Shown: in pieces, positions 1 to 9,845 of the stretch | Position numbering within the stretch: the first letter of the stretch is position 1 | Layout of the letters: the number at the start of each line of letters is the position of its first letter | DNA from: a virus | Taxonomy: Duplodnaviria > Caudoviricetes | Direction: 5' to 3' (one strand) | Length of the DNA stretch: 64,000 nt | Virus record (IMG/VR): IMGVR_UViG_2912838376_000002 | Coordinates: 128,001-192,000 of that record | The notes under the pieces: generated by a model | The model's input: only the letters and a program-made list of their open reading frames with translations | Database searches by the model: none | What the model was told of the DNA's origin: nothing | Program-made: the position numbers and the translations under genes

Positions 1-94
1 GAGTGGCTTTTAAAATCTGTTGCGCCCTCATCTCTTGATACCATTCATTAAGTAGCTTGGTTACTTTTTCATTACTAACTTTGTAATCTTGCAT
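1..94 (-). CDS. 5' part of a Rap-family (TPR) regulator, runs off the window
   Basis: Manual translation MQDYKVSNEKVTKLLNEWYQEMRAQQILKAT; the LLNEWY..R pattern is typical of Bacillus Rap N-termini; SD-like GAGGGTGG upstream. Confidence 0.6.
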   Translation of the reverse strand, partial: MQDYKVSNEKVTKLLNEWYQEMRAQQILKAT

Positions 95-175
95 ATGCCA
101 CCCTCAACCCCTTTTATTTATTTATAGTAAGAATACCATATTTAGTAAAAACGAGTAGGTAATTTTATATATTTA

Positions 176-664
176 TCAACAATTTTCAGACAATTTACTT
201 TTGCCGTGATTTTGCAAATCATACTGATATGAACCTTCATACTTGTCCCCTGAAAAATCTACGATAGTTAATGTATGAATATGAGGAAAATCCTCTTTTA
301 ACAGTTCATAAATTTCCTCAATAGACGAATAAAAAGGCTGATCCTTTCTTGAACGATAACTGTTCAAATGGACTTCGCCTTTTCCGTCACCTATATTTAT
401 AAATTTAAAGAAGATACGCTTAACATTTTTTTCAGGATCTTTGTACTTAAAACGATAATCTCCGTCTACGACATATGTTTCAATTCCTTCTTTATCTAAT
501 CGACGAATATTCTCCTCCATACTAAGCCCCATCCAACTAGCTATCATTCTTCCGTATATATAAAAATCAGCTTCACAATTTATAGACATTTTTACCGCTT
601 CTAATAAATCATCCGTCGGTAAGTCAGTAGGTTTTGAAGCATATTCCCGCCACATTCTATACAT
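176..664 (-). CDS. hypothetical protein
   Basis: 162-aa ORF with GGGGG SD-like sequence upstream. Confidence 0.6.
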   Translation of the reverse strand: MYRMWREYASKPTDLPTDDLLEAVKMSINCEADFYIYGRMIASWMGLSMEENIRRLDKEGIETYVVDGDYRFKYKDPEKNVKRIFFKFINIGDGKGEVHLNSYRSRKDQPFYSSIEEIYELLKEDFPHIHTLTIVDFSGDKYEGSYQYDLQNHGKSKLSENC

Positions 665-705
665 ATAAAAACCCCCACTTAATTATACTTCTATATTTAA
701 TACAG

Positions 706-807
706 CTATTTCTTTTTACGTGGTAATCCATATTTCGTACTTTGGCTTAGGCAACCTTTTGCAATTTTCTTTGCTTCAGCTGAAGATATTTTAACTTTTA
801 CGCCCAT
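706..807 (-). CDS. small basic peptide (33 aa)
   Basis: MGVKVKISSAEAKKIAKGCLSQSTKYGLPRKKK with strong SD GGAGGCGG; below the ORF-track cut-off. Confidence 0.45.
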   Translation of the reverse strand: MGVKVKISSAEAKKIAKGCLSQSTKYGLPRKKK

Positions 808-957
808 CGTTACCGCCTCCTTAATTCCTCATTATGCCCATTTGCAGAAAAATTATACATGCTGTACTACTTCCCCATCCCCCAACATATGATTTTTATA
901 TCTAGTACAAAAAGAATGTGTCCCAAACTTAAAATACGATTTTAGGAGTGAAATAGG

Positions 958-1593
958 ATGAGTAAAGTAAAAGAGAGGAAGATAAGAAGTGACAAACGTA
1001 AGGACGTGAAGCCGACTGTTGAACTCAGTTTGTATGATTGCGTTTCTCGAATCTCATACATTACTAATACACCAATGAAAGATGTTGGTGAGATATTCTG
1101 TACGCATGGTTTGTATTCTAAAAAAGTTATTGATTACTTGTCCAAAAAGTTCAGAAGAGGCTACAAATTTAAGGATACTATATATATGGGTAATAGAGAA
1201 TTAATGTCTGAACGAGTTAGAAAACATTCAAAATCAACAACAAGAATTACAATGCGTTTTAGACAAGAAACATACGATCATCTAGCTGATTTAGCATATG
1301 CATTAGATACAACTGTTTCAACAGCTACAGCTATTTTGCTCGATGCTGCTGTTAGAAATACGGATATCGTCAACGAATACGTAACTAGGTTTGTTGAAGA
1401 AACCTTAGACGATAATAGAAAAGACCAGCTTAAGAAAGTTCTTACTTACATAAGAAAAGAAAATCCTTATGAAACAAACGAAATTACATTAGCTCAGCTA
1501 ATTAGCTACATCCTAGATGGTTTTAAAGGACATTCAAAACACATCAAGCAGACAATAGAAAGCTGGTTAGACAATGTAACTGAGAGGGACTAA
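958..1593 (+). CDS. putative DNA-binding protein (ribbon-helix-helix-like segments)
   Basis: 211 aa; TRITMRF..ETYDHLADLAYALDTTVS resembles RHH; AGGAGTG SD. Confidence 0.5.
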   Translation: MSKVKERKIRSDKRKDVKPTVELSLYDCVSRISYITNTPMKDVGEIFCTHGLYSKKVIDYLSKKFRRGYKFKDTIYMGNRELMSERVRKHSKSTTRITMRFRQETYDHLADLAYALDTTVSTATAILLDAAVRNTDIVNEYVTRFVEETLDDNRKDQLKKVLTYIRKENPYETNEITLAQLISYILDGFKGHSKHIKQTIESWLDNVTERD

Positions 1594-2012
1594 GCTCCCT
1601 CTTTTTCTTCGTTTCTTCCCCAATAAGCATCGGGGCCCTGTAGCAATCTTTCCATTAATTGTTCAAACTCGCCCCGATTAATAAAGCCTCTGAAGGTAAT
1701 AGATTCGAAATCTTCGATGCTACCGTCTTCATGTTTATAGCATGTCCACCATTCGTCTCCGCCATTCACTTGATTTACAAATAATAATCGACCATATGCA
1801 AAAGCCGAACGAATAGACCAATTCCCTTGTTTCATCTTCTGTTCTAATTCTTCAAGACTTTGGCAAGTATAAAGACCGTAATCATAGTCGAGTTCCATCA
1901 TTGGATCGTCTTCAAAATCACAACCACCAATCTTCAACCAACTATTCTTCTGACACTTCGCCTTTACTTCTTCTACTGTAAACATAGCTTGGCTCATATT
2001 ATTTTCCTCCAA
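1590..2012 (-). CDS. hypothetical phage protein
   Basis: 140-aa ORF, coupled to upstream ORF, GGAGG SD. Confidence 0.6.
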   Translation of the reverse strand: MEENNMSQAMFTVEEVKAKCQKNSWLKIGGCDFEDDPMMELDYDYGLYTCQSLEELEQKMKQGNWSIRSAFAYGRLLFVNQVNGGDEWWTCYKHEDGSIEDFESITFRGFINRGEFEQLMERLLQGPDAYWGRNEEKEGA

Positions 2013-2454
2013 TTATTCTTCTAAGGGACATATCTATTTTAAATTGCAAGCGCCTTTGTTCTTCTTCTTTTTTATACTGTGTCATAATCTCATGAGCTTT
2101 CTTCCATGAATATACATACGCGGGATCTCCACCATATGCACGACTAATCACGCCTGTACTGTCTTTATAAAGATGGGATTTATTAAACCAAGGTAAAAAT
2201 TCTTGAATGGTTGTCCCTCTTCTACAAACTCGTAATCGCTTAGGTGTCATAGTCCAATATGTTTTATAGATATAAGGACGTAAATATCTTTTTAACAAGT
2301 GAAAAGCGTAACGAGGTTTTGTTAAGTTTTCGAAAATAATAATTGTCTTCTGAACCTTATCTTTTTCTTTGCCAAGTGTTTTTAAATCTACTCGGAACTT
2401 TTCTTCTTTGGTTAACAACAGTCGCCGCCATCCTAAGTTTTGTAATTCGTTCAT
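1999..2454 (-). CDS. hypothetical protein
   Basis: 151-aa ORF with GGGAGAG SD. Confidence 0.6.
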   Translation of the reverse strand: MNELQNLGWRRLLLTKEEKFRVDLKTLGKEKDKVQKTIIIFENLTKPRYAFHLLKRYLRPYIYKTYWTMTPKRLRVCRRGTTIQEFLPWFNKSHLYKDSTGVISRAYGGDPAYVYSWKKAHEIMTQYKKEEEQRRLQFKIDMSLRRIIGGK

Positions 2455-2524
2455 TGTATGATTCTCTCCCTTCTACAAATAAAATAAGAGCAGGCATAGC
2501 CTACTCATTAACTAAGTACATAAT

Positions 2525-2643
2525 CATTGTTCACTACAAGAAAGGTGCGGTATGGAGGTAGATCGTCGTAGTTAACCGCACCCTTCTCATGAGACAAACA
2601 TTAACAGTTTGAAGGACGCCAACCCTTCTTGTAGTAAACAATG
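2525..2643. ncRNA. candidate small structured RNA
   Basis: 21-bp terminal inverted repeat (2525-2545 / 2623-2643, 2 mismatches) and internal stem AGGTGCGGT/ACCGCACCC in an intergenic gap. Confidence 0.35.
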
Positions 2644-2664
2644 TAGAGAAAGCAGGCTTATAGC

Positions 2665-3147
2665 CTACTCTCCAATTAAATGCATACGTAATTGAGTAAG
2701 AACCTCACCCAGCCAATTCTTACCTTGCCATGTACTTTTGTTTTGTGCACGAGGATCTGTCTCTAATAATCCAATTCCCCAAATTTTATCGTATGGACTT
2801 GCTTCAACAAGTTCAGTCCCTTTTGTAGATTTTAATACTTCAAGCATTTCGATGTTTTGGGTAAATTTTAAATAATTTGCTCGATAGACAATCTCTTTAC
2901 AATTATCATTCCATAATTCCGCATTAAAAGGAGTTACTTGGCGTCCTAATTCTTTATGTTTACGTGGATCATACCCTGCATCTAGAATTAGTTGAGCGGT
3001 CTTGATATCTCCCATCAACATTGCTTTGTGGTACATCATATATTGCTCTGCACAAGTAAAGACTTGTCCATTCTCCATAAACATAGATTTATGCCATTGT
3101 GAAAATGTTGATTTATTTTGCCAAAAGAACGTGAATTTTTCAGTCAT
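2665..3147 (-). CDS. NADAR (YbiA-like) family protein
   Basis: FSQWH...AEQYMMYHKA...LGRQV...KFTQN...LVEASPYDKIWGIG...GKNWLGEVL motifs. Confidence 0.92.
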   Translation of the reverse strand: MTEKFTFFWQNKSTFSQWHKSMFMENGQVFTCAEQYMMYHKAMLMGDIKTAQLILDAGYDPRKHKELGRQVTPFNAELWNDNCKEIVYRANYLKFTQNIEMLEVLKSTKGTELVEASPYDKIWGIGLLETDPRAQNKSTWQGKNWLGEVLTQLRMHLIGE

Positions 3148-3199
3148 TACTACTCTCTCCCTTTGATTAAGTAAGAGCAGGCTTTCACCTGCTCAATTA

Positions 3200-3511
3200 C
3201 TATTGATCTTCTTTTTTCTTTGTAAAGATATAGTAGCCATTGATACTATTGTTCGTATTTTCATTAGTGTTAACAGAAACACTTATAACTTCTAAACTAG
3301 GATTATCTGTTAGAAGCTTTTCATATCTCGGAGGAAGATCAGCTTTTCCATTTTCATGTGGAATGTAATAAAGCTTGTCTTTTATTAACATCTTATAATC
3401 AATACTAATAACTTGATCATCCTGCTTCTGCATATACGGATCGTTATTACATCCTGTTAAAATGGTTGCTGCTAATCCTACAGTTAATACGGTTGCGATT
3501 AATTTCTTCAT
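3200..3511 (-). CDS. putative lipoprotein
   Basis: Signal peptide with lipobox LTGC. Confidence 0.7.
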   Translation of the reverse strand: MKKLIATVLTVGLAATILTGCNNDPYMQKQDDQVISIDYKMLIKDKLYYIPHENGKADLPPRYEKLLTDNPSLEVISVSVNTNENTNNSINGYYIFTKKKEDQ

Positions 3512-4245
3512 ACTGCAGCACCTCTATTTAAGTAAACAAATTGTTCTACATATTCACGGTCTTTAGAAATCATAGGAGTCTCATGATCTACTGACCATTT
3601 ACTTCTTAAAGCACCATTCTTTTCGTAGAATTCTTTAATAATGCACACACCACGTTTTTGCCATACAGGTAAGTCATTCCAGTTGATGTTTTTCTCAGTC
3701 ATTAACTTGTCCTGCATATCCTTACCATTAAGGCCCTGTAACTCTTTATGTGGGAAGTTAGCTTGAGCAACCATTGAGATACTATTCTTTGAAGCATCTT
3801 GTTGTCTCCAAATAAAATAGTTTGCTACTTCATCCTGTGGCAATACCTGTGCACGACCATCAAATGTAGCAAGCGGTTTGTCTGGATACTTCGCTCTCAT
3901 AACTTCATTAAACTTTGCAGTTGCCATAGAAGCTGAAACAGAAGCTATCTTTTGAAGGTTATTTTCAAACCAAGATTGAGTTGTAAGCTTGTCATAGTTC
4001 GTAATAAGAATACTAATCTCATCCGACTGATGATAAACCAATTTTGCACCCATGATGTTTTGAGCTAAGTACTTGCATGTTTCCCAAAATGCTTCTGCTA
4101 GATCTTGATCAAAAGGCTTAGTACAACCTTTTGTGTATGTATGAAAGTGTGCTCCATCAATCCTTACAATTACGGGCATTCTTTCAGGCAACTTAATACG
4201 ATATGCATTCTCGTATTTCTTCATGCGATCCCCAAATTTGTCCAT
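3508..4245 (-). CDS. tRNA(His) guanylyltransferase Thg1-like protein (3'-5' polymerase)
   Basis: RMKKYE, VRIDGAHFH, QSDEIS, FDGR, YFIWRQQD motifs. Confidence 0.92.
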   Translation of the reverse strand: MDKFGDRMKKYENAYRIKLPERMPVIVRIDGAHFHTYTKGCTKPFDQDLAEAFWETCKYLAQNIMGAKLVYHQSDEISILITNYDKLTTQSWFENNLQKIASVSASMATAKFNEVMRAKYPDKPLATFDGRAQVLPQDEVANYFIWRQQDASKNSISMVAQANFPHKELQGLNGKDMQDKLMTEKNINWNDLPVWQKRGVCIIKEFYEKNGALRSKWSVDHETPMISKDREYVEQFVYLNRGAAV

Positions 4246-4248
4246 TGA

Positions 4249-4530
4249 TTACCCTCTCCATTCCACTCTTTCAAAACGATTAACTTTTCCATATGCTTCT
4301 TTCAAGAAAGCAATGCGGTCTTCGCCATCTGCTTCTACGAATTCTTGCATATCCCATGCTAATAACGCTTGAGATGTGATTTCTTGAATATATTTGATTA
4401 ATCTAGTAGGAGCATCATCATTTTGAATAACCTCAAGTGCATTTGATGATTCTTCTAAAATCACATTTAGTAATGCCTCAAGATTTCCTTTGTCGATACC
4501 GTAAATAACCGGTGTTAATGGTGACTTCAT
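4249..4530 (-). CDS. hypothetical protein
   Basis: 93-aa ORF, AGGAGG SD. Confidence 0.6.
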   Translation of the reverse strand: MKSPLTPVIYGIDKGNLEALLNVILEESSNALEVIQNDDAPTRLIKYIQEITSQALLAWDMQEFVEADGEDRIAFLKEAYGKVNRFERVEWRG

Positions 4531-4557
4531 TATGATTCCTCCTTGAGATTTCTTGCT

Positions 4558-4794
4558 CTAGCCATTGATTTTGGCCCAATTTGGATTGTCTGTTTCTAAT
4601 ACCTCTGTTAACAAGTCACGAATTTCTCTAATTTTCTTTTTATCTATGATAAATACAGAGCCCGTATCATTTTCATGTTCATCATAAAAAGAAAAACAAA
4701 GTCCTTCTCCAATACCTGATCCGGAGACTCCTACATTCATAGAGTCTCCTTCTTGTTTTATAAAGTTAGGTGATAACTCATCTTTAATTTCCAT
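4558..4794 (-). CDS. hypothetical protein
   Basis: 78-aa ORF in operon context. Confidence 0.55.
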   Translation of the reverse strand: MEIKDELSPNFIKQEGDSMNVGVSGSGIGEGLCFSFYDEHENDTGSVFIIDKKKIREIRDLLTEVLETDNPNWAKING

Positions 4795-4799
4795 TGATT

Positions 4800-5783
4800 T
4801 TACCCCGCAAATTCATAAGTATGTATTGACACATTAAATACTTTAGTAGCTTCTTCTAAGATGCCTGTTACTACATTCCAGTCTCCACCTGCTCTTGCAC
4901 AACCCATAAACTTAGGTACACCAATCTTTAGCTGAGATAAGGAACGTTCTCTTAACAAGCGGTCAGTCAAGTAACTGAACAAAGCTTTTTTCAAAGCTTC
5001 ATAGTTCGTATATAGTTGTCGATCTGCTCCGTAGTAAAGTTGCCCATACAAGTTAACGATTTCTATATTTTTTCCGTTATTGTGGACAGCTGCATGAGTA
5101 TATGTACCTAACTTTTCTTCAGGAGAAAATGGAGAAGCACAATCTACCTCATACACAATCGGAAATTCTGCTCGAATTTGTTTAGCAATACCGCTTCCCA
5201 TCGTAGACTGACAATTGGCTTGATGCATTACTACGTCACAATCTGAACGCAAGATATCACCTTTATGTTGAATGATTAATTCTTTCGGATTAATTTGTAC
5301 CATTTTCTTCTCCTTCTTTATGGCATAGTCTACACAGTTGCCTGTACCACCTGTTGTACCGTCCCATACAGCGATTAATTCATCACATTGATTAACCATG
5401 TACTCATTACGTTTTTGCATCAGGTAAGGCTTATATAGTTGTTTAGAAACGTATGTAACAACATCAGCTTGTTCCACAATACTCTTCCACTGATCTTGCG
5501 ATGGTTTTGGCCATTGACTAGAATGTGCAGTACATGGAATAGCCGATTCTAAAGTAATGTTATATCCTTGTCTTTTTAATTTAAGGACAACTAACGCATA
5601 AATCGTGTCTCCACCCAATGCCATACCACTTATTGCATGTACCTGTTTCCCTTGATTTAAATGGGAAAGAAGATGTTCTCGTAGTTTAGTAGCGATAGCA
5701 AGGTTACCTGGTGAAAAATAATCGTACCCATATAATTTATTTGGACGATGTGCAGTTACTGCGATTGTAATTTTTTCTGTCAT
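4800..5783 (-). CDS. SLOG (YspA/DUF1273-like) - macrodomain fusion
   Basis: N-half TAHRP, ISGMALGGD, RNEYMV, AVWDG..GGTGNCV; C-half KGDIL, HQANC..MGSGIAKQI, NLYGQ, GCARAGGDW. Confidence 0.85.
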   Translation of the reverse strand: MTEKITIAVTAHRPNKLYGYDYFSPGNLAIATKLREHLLSHLNQGKQVHAISGMALGGDTIYALVVLKLKRQGYNITLESAIPCTAHSSQWPKPSQDQWKSIVEQADVVTYVSKQLYKPYLMQKRNEYMVNQCDELIAVWDGTTGGTGNCVDYAIKKEKKMVQINPKELIIQHKGDILRSDCDVVMHQANCQSTMGSGIAKQIRAEFPIVYEVDCASPFSPEEKLGTYTHAAVHNNGKNIEIVNLYGQLYYGADRQLYTNYEALKKALFSYLTDRLLRERSLSQLKIGVPKFMGCARAGGDWNVVTGILEEATKVFNVSIHTYEFAG

Positions 5784-5843
5784 AGCTAAATCTCTCCTTT
5801 AATTAAATTCAAAAAAAGGAGGGGGCGTTAGCACCCCTGGGAA

Positions 5844-6186
5844 TCAATTTTGTTTGATTGCTATGTTAATAGCTTTTTTGAAGTTGAATCTGTATTTGCT
5901 ATTCATAAAACCTATTAAGTAGTCATGATAGTCCGGTTCGATGTTCTTAAGATATGCTAATTCTCCATTAAGTTCTAAAGCATATCCTCTATCTCGTTGT
6001 CCTCGATAGAATTGGAATAACATCGTTTTAATTCTTCGCTTACGCTTATGACCAACTGTAAGGTTATGATCTTTGTTGTACATAATGCCAAGGTTCCAAT
6101 TCTTTCCCGATTTTGAACCATATCTCGTTTTTGAATCCTTAATAGTGAATGGAGTTCCTTCTTGGGTTAATATTCCTTTAACTAAT
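5844..6186 (-). pseudogene. 3' half of the interrupted retron-type reverse transcriptase
   Basis: Reads LVKGILTQEGTPFTIKDSKTRYGSKSGKNWNLGIMYNKD...; joins in frame to the 12580-13306 half once the insertion and one CTAAT copy are removed. Confidence 0.88.
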
Positions 6187-6337
6187 TGTCTTTTTACAAA
6201 AAAGTTCTGGAATAAAATTAATATAAATGCCTATTACACAGGGGCTTCTTTTTCATTATTACAACATAGTTGCAGACTAACGAGGATAACTTTTACAGTT
6301 TATTTTAGAATCAATTACAAAATAGTCTTGGACTATC
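6187..6337 (+). repeat. Tn7-like left end with three spaced transposase-binding sites
   Basis: 8-bp terminus TGTCTTTT, then TACAAAAAAGTTCTGGAATAAA (6195-6216), TACAACATAGTTGCAGACTAAC (6260-6281), TACAAAATAGTCTTGGACTATC (6316-6337). Confidence 0.8.
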
Positions 6338-6714
6338 TGTTCATAAGTTGATATGCATTGTATTTCCTCGTCACTGTTTCATTTAGCACATTGAAAATTT
6401 TCTCTGCATTCTTTAATGTTAGCAACGTATTCTACTAATAAATGATATCTTTCTTTTGCAGAAGTTTAATATATGAACCTAACTGTGTTCTAACTTCATT
6501 ATTTTTTGGTTTCCTCTTCCAAAATTAAATCTTCTTTCTGATACTTTTTCTCCAAACTCTTCTTTTTCGAATATTTCTCTAAGGATAGAGAATATTCTTC
6601 TTGCCAGTCATTTTCATATTTGTTTTACCGACAAGTTGCAGCTCTATTCAAACTATTCAGGTTTGCTCGGATATGATTTAGATTTTTTATGCGTACAATA
6701 TATGTTCTTATGAA

Positions 6715-6747
6715 AAAACGGATACCTTATGAAAAGGTATCCGTTTT
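6715..6747. terminator. intrinsic terminator-like hairpin
   Basis: AAAACGGATACCTT / AAGGTATCCGTTTT inverted repeat. Confidence 0.65.
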
Positions 6748-6752
6748 ACTTC

Positions 6753-6925
6753 TTATTTTGATATAAATTACGCAATTCTGGTTTTATTGAAATACTAGTA
6801 CGCACCATTTTTGCTTATTGTTCTGCATCTTCCAAATTAGAAGCATGACCTAATTGTAATAACACCCCTATTGCAACTGTACCTGTCCAATTATGTCCAC
6901 TAGAACAATGGAAATGGCATCCACC
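6753..6925 (-). pseudogene. remnant of a protein-tyrosine/dual-specificity phosphatase
   Basis: Minus-strand frame reads FHCSSGHNWTGTVAIGVLLQLGHASNLEDAEQ*AKMVR; degenerate HCxxGxxRTG loop (R to W) and an internal stop. Confidence 0.55.
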
Positions 6926-6985
6926 ACATTGAGATTAGCCTCCAGGTTACTAGGAAAATCATTACTAATATAATTTACTAATTTA

Positions 6986-8017
6986 TCATGTGCTTGTTTT
7001 TTTATAGTTACTTTCCTTTTCTCGCAACAAAATATTTGGTACAACACGTATATAAATAAGCTCACTTATAAGTTCAACAATAGTTTGAGTAACAATTACA
7101 GCTGCTACTAGAGTGCTTATATCGGGCAATGCTAATCCTAAAGGAAGTACTACTAAAGAGTTTCGAGTAAAACTACTAAAAATAAGTGTTCTTCCTGATC
7201 CAACATCTAATTTAAATAATTTGGCAATATATTTAGCAATGATTGGCATAATTACCATGAATGCAATATATACAGGAATAACTTGAATAACCTGATCTAT
7301 AAATTCAGGAAGTTTTCCTATTTGGGATGCAACAACTACAAATAAAGTCCAAGCCATAAAAGGAACAGGTAACCAAGCCGATATGTTTAAAGCCTGTTCT
7401 CCTACTGGAGATTTCCGAGCTACTATTTGCACTAGTATAGCTATACCAAGAGGTAGAATAATAAGCCCAAGAAAAGCCTCAATAAAAGGACCTGGTTCCA
7501 CAATTTTTGCTGTGTCACTCCCCATAAATAACCATAAATAGAAAGGTAATAGTAACATTTGTACAATAAAGAGTATAGGTGTAGAAATTAAAATTAGTTT
7601 TTCATTTCCTTTACCTAAAGAAGTAAAGACAATCACATAATCAATACAGGGTGTCAATAATACTAAATAAACACCAATTAATAACGGTGGATTATCTGGT
7701 AAAAAGCTAGCTAGAATCCATACCACTATTGGAACCACTATAAAATTAGTAGTTAATAACGCACTAATAAATCTAGAATTTCCAAATGCATCTTTCAATG
7801 ACATAAATGGTATTTGTGAAAACATACTATACATCAATAAGGCGATAGCAAATGATATAGCGGATTCTAAACTACCTCCACTGTTTGGCCAGATAAACCC
7901 AAGTATAGCAGCTACTATTAGCACTATAAAATATAGAGACACTTGCTTTTCTTCAAGTTTTTCTCGTGTAATCATAAAAAAATCTCCTTTATTTAATTCA
8001 TTTACCTCAATACGCAT
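6986..8017 (-). CDS. Acr3/bile acid:Na+ symporter family arsenic resistance protein
   Basis: About 10 TM segments; LLTPCIDYVIVFT, TRNSLVVLPL, VTQTIVEL motifs; real start is probably MITREKLE. Confidence 0.85.
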   Translation of the reverse strand: MRIEVNELNKGDFFMITREKLEEKQVSLYFIVLIVAAILGFIWPNSGGSLESAISFAIALLMYSMFSQIPFMSLKDAFGNSRFISALLTTNFIVVPIVVWILASFLPDNPPLLIGVYLVLLTPCIDYVIVFTSLGKGNEKLILISTPILFIVQMLLLPFYLWLFMGSDTAKIVEPGPFIEAFLGLIILPLGIAILVQIVARKSPVGEQALNISAWLPVPFMAWTLFVVVASQIGKLPEFIDQVIQVIPVYIAFMVIMPIIAKYIAKLFKLDVGSGRTLIFSSFTRNSLVVLPLGLALPDISTLVAAVIVTQTIVELISELIYIRVVPNILLREKESNYKKTST

Positions 8018-8255
8018 TTAAAGTAGTAATAACCTTTTCACTAACACAATGTACTGTTTGAGCTAAAACGAAAATTATGATAAAAATAGTAAGAATGGGA
8101 GTAGTATAAGTATACTAATTTCAAATTTTGAATTTCTCCTTAAACTAAAAAAGATATATGTGCACAACATCCTCTTACTTATGTAATGTACATTAAGATA
8201 CTCATATCCGCATTATGGATATTGACTCCGAATTTAGAAAGGAGGTCCCTTTAAA

Positions 8256-8804
8256 GTGAATAAGGAAGAATGGGAAGCGATTCAATCCAATAATAAAAAA
8301 TATGATGGATATTTTTACTATACTCTTTCTACGACTAAAACCGTCTGTCGTCCATCATGTACATCTAGAACCCCAAATCCAAAACATGTTTCTATTTATA
8401 AAAATCTAGATTTAGCAATTGCAGCAGGATTTAGACCTTGTATAAGATGTAAACCTGATTTAAAAAATTGGAAAGGCTATAAAGAAGAAGTATCAAAAGA
8501 AACTTTGCTATATATCCAAAAGAATTACAAAAGTAAATTTAGCTTAAAACAAATAGGGGATGCTTTAGAGAAAAACCCTTACTATATACATCGGAGTTTT
8601 AAAGCAATTAATGGTATTACCCCTCTGAAATACTTGCATACATTAAGAATCGAAGAAGCTAAAGGATTATTAAATAATAAGCACCTTCTTGTAACAGATA
8701 TTGCACTAGAGGTGGGGTATAATGACAGCACTCAATTTTCGGTGAAATTCAAGGAATTCACAGGATTATCACCCACTAGTTACAGGGATTCATTTGTTAA
8801 ATAA
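8256..8804 (+). CDS. adaA: AdaA-like regulator (Ada Zn domain + AraC HTH)
   Basis: CRPSC...GFRPCIRCKP Zn motif, C-terminal AraC helix-turn-helix. Confidence 0.85.
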   Translation: MNKEEWEAIQSNNKKYDGYFYYTLSTTKTVCRPSCTSRTPNPKHVSIYKNLDLAIAAGFRPCIRCKPDLKNWKGYKEEVSKETLLYIQKNYKSKFSLKQIGDALEKNPYYIHRSFKAINGITPLKYLHTLRIEEAKGLLNNKHLLVTDIALEVGYNDSTQFSVKFKEFTGLSPTSYRDSFVK

Positions 8805-8836
8805 TATGGGACAGATTACATAAGTTCTACATATTT

Positions 8837-8880
8837 AATAAGAGCCTTATTACATTTTATAATGTGATAAGGCTCTTATT
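8837..8880. terminator. bidirectional terminator between convergent genes
   Basis: AATAAGAGCCTTAT / ATAAGGCTCTTATT inverted repeat. Confidence 0.75.
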
Positions 8881-8892
8881 TTTTAATACATT

Positions 8893-9828
8893 CTATTTCT
8901 GTAATCCATTAATAATTGTATCTGTATTCCATTTCATCATTTTCAAGTAAGTATCTCCATCCTCACCTGATTTACCAAGCGAGTCTGTAAAAATTGTACC
9001 AGCAATCGGTACATTTGTTTCTTTTGAAACAGTTTCCATGCTACGTCGATCTACACTTGTTTCAACAAATAAAGCCGGAACTTTGTTTGTTTGAATTAAA
9101 CTTACAACATCTCTAATTTGATCTGGCGTACCTTGATTCTCTGAGTTAATTTCCCAAATGTATCCCGTCTTAATGCCATATGCTTTTCCAAAATATTTAA
9201 ATGCACCTTCACTAGAGATTAAGAAACGCTTTTCTTCAGGGATTTGATGAATTCTATTCACTGTCTCATCATGCAACTTTTGAAGTTCGGCTACATACTT
9301 TTCGGCATTTTTAGTATAGAACTCTTTATTTTTAGGATCTTCTTTAATTAATGCCTTTTTCACATTTTCAGCGTATACAATACCATTTTTAATATTCATC
9401 CATGCATGTGGGTCTGGCTCTTTTTCTAATCCTTTTGTTTCTAAATAAATAGCTTCTACACCTTCACTTACTTTATAAACAGGTGCATCTTTCGCTGATT
9501 TATTTGCCGTTTTTAATAGCTTTTTAAACCACGCTCCACCTTCTTCTAGGTTTAGCCCATTGTAAAATACCATATCTGCATCTGTCATTTTCATAACATC
9601 TTTTGGTAGTGGATCATACTCATGCGGGTTAGCTCCGATTGGAACAAGACTATGAATCTCAACTTTATCTCCACCAATTTGCTTCACCATATCATATATA
9701 ATGGAGTATGTGGTTACAACTTTTAATTTTCCATTCCCCTCTTCTTTTCCATTTGTGTTACTCGAACACGCTGTTAATGCAAATACGAAAATACAAAGTA
9801 TCGATAATAAAACATTTTTAAATTTCAT
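8893..9828 (-). CDS. mntA: Mn/Zn ABC transporter substrate-binding lipoprotein
   Basis: Lipobox LTAC, NPHEYDP, DPHAW, SEGAFKYF, FTDSLG motifs (PsaA/MntA family). Confidence 0.9.
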   Translation of the reverse strand: MKFKNVLLSILCIFVFALTACSSNTNGKEEGNGKLKVVTTYSIIYDMVKQIGGDKVEIHSLVPIGANPHEYDPLPKDVMKMTDADMVFYNGLNLEEGGAWFKKLLKTANKSAKDAPVYKVSEGVEAIYLETKGLEKEPDPHAWMNIKNGIVYAENVKKALIKEDPKNKEFYTKNAEKYVAELQKLHDETVNRIHQIPEEKRFLISSEGAFKYFGKAYGIKTGYIWEINSENQGTPDQIRDVVSLIQTNKVPALFVETSVDRRSMETVSKETNVPIAGTIFTDSLGKSGEDGDTYLKMMKWNTDTIINGLQK

Positions 9829-9845
9829 CTTTATCCTCCAATCAA

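Noticed and set aside
5844-6083. Independent 79-aa gene
   Set aside because: It is the in-frame C-terminus of the interrupted RT; the reading frame extends upstream to the transposon junction
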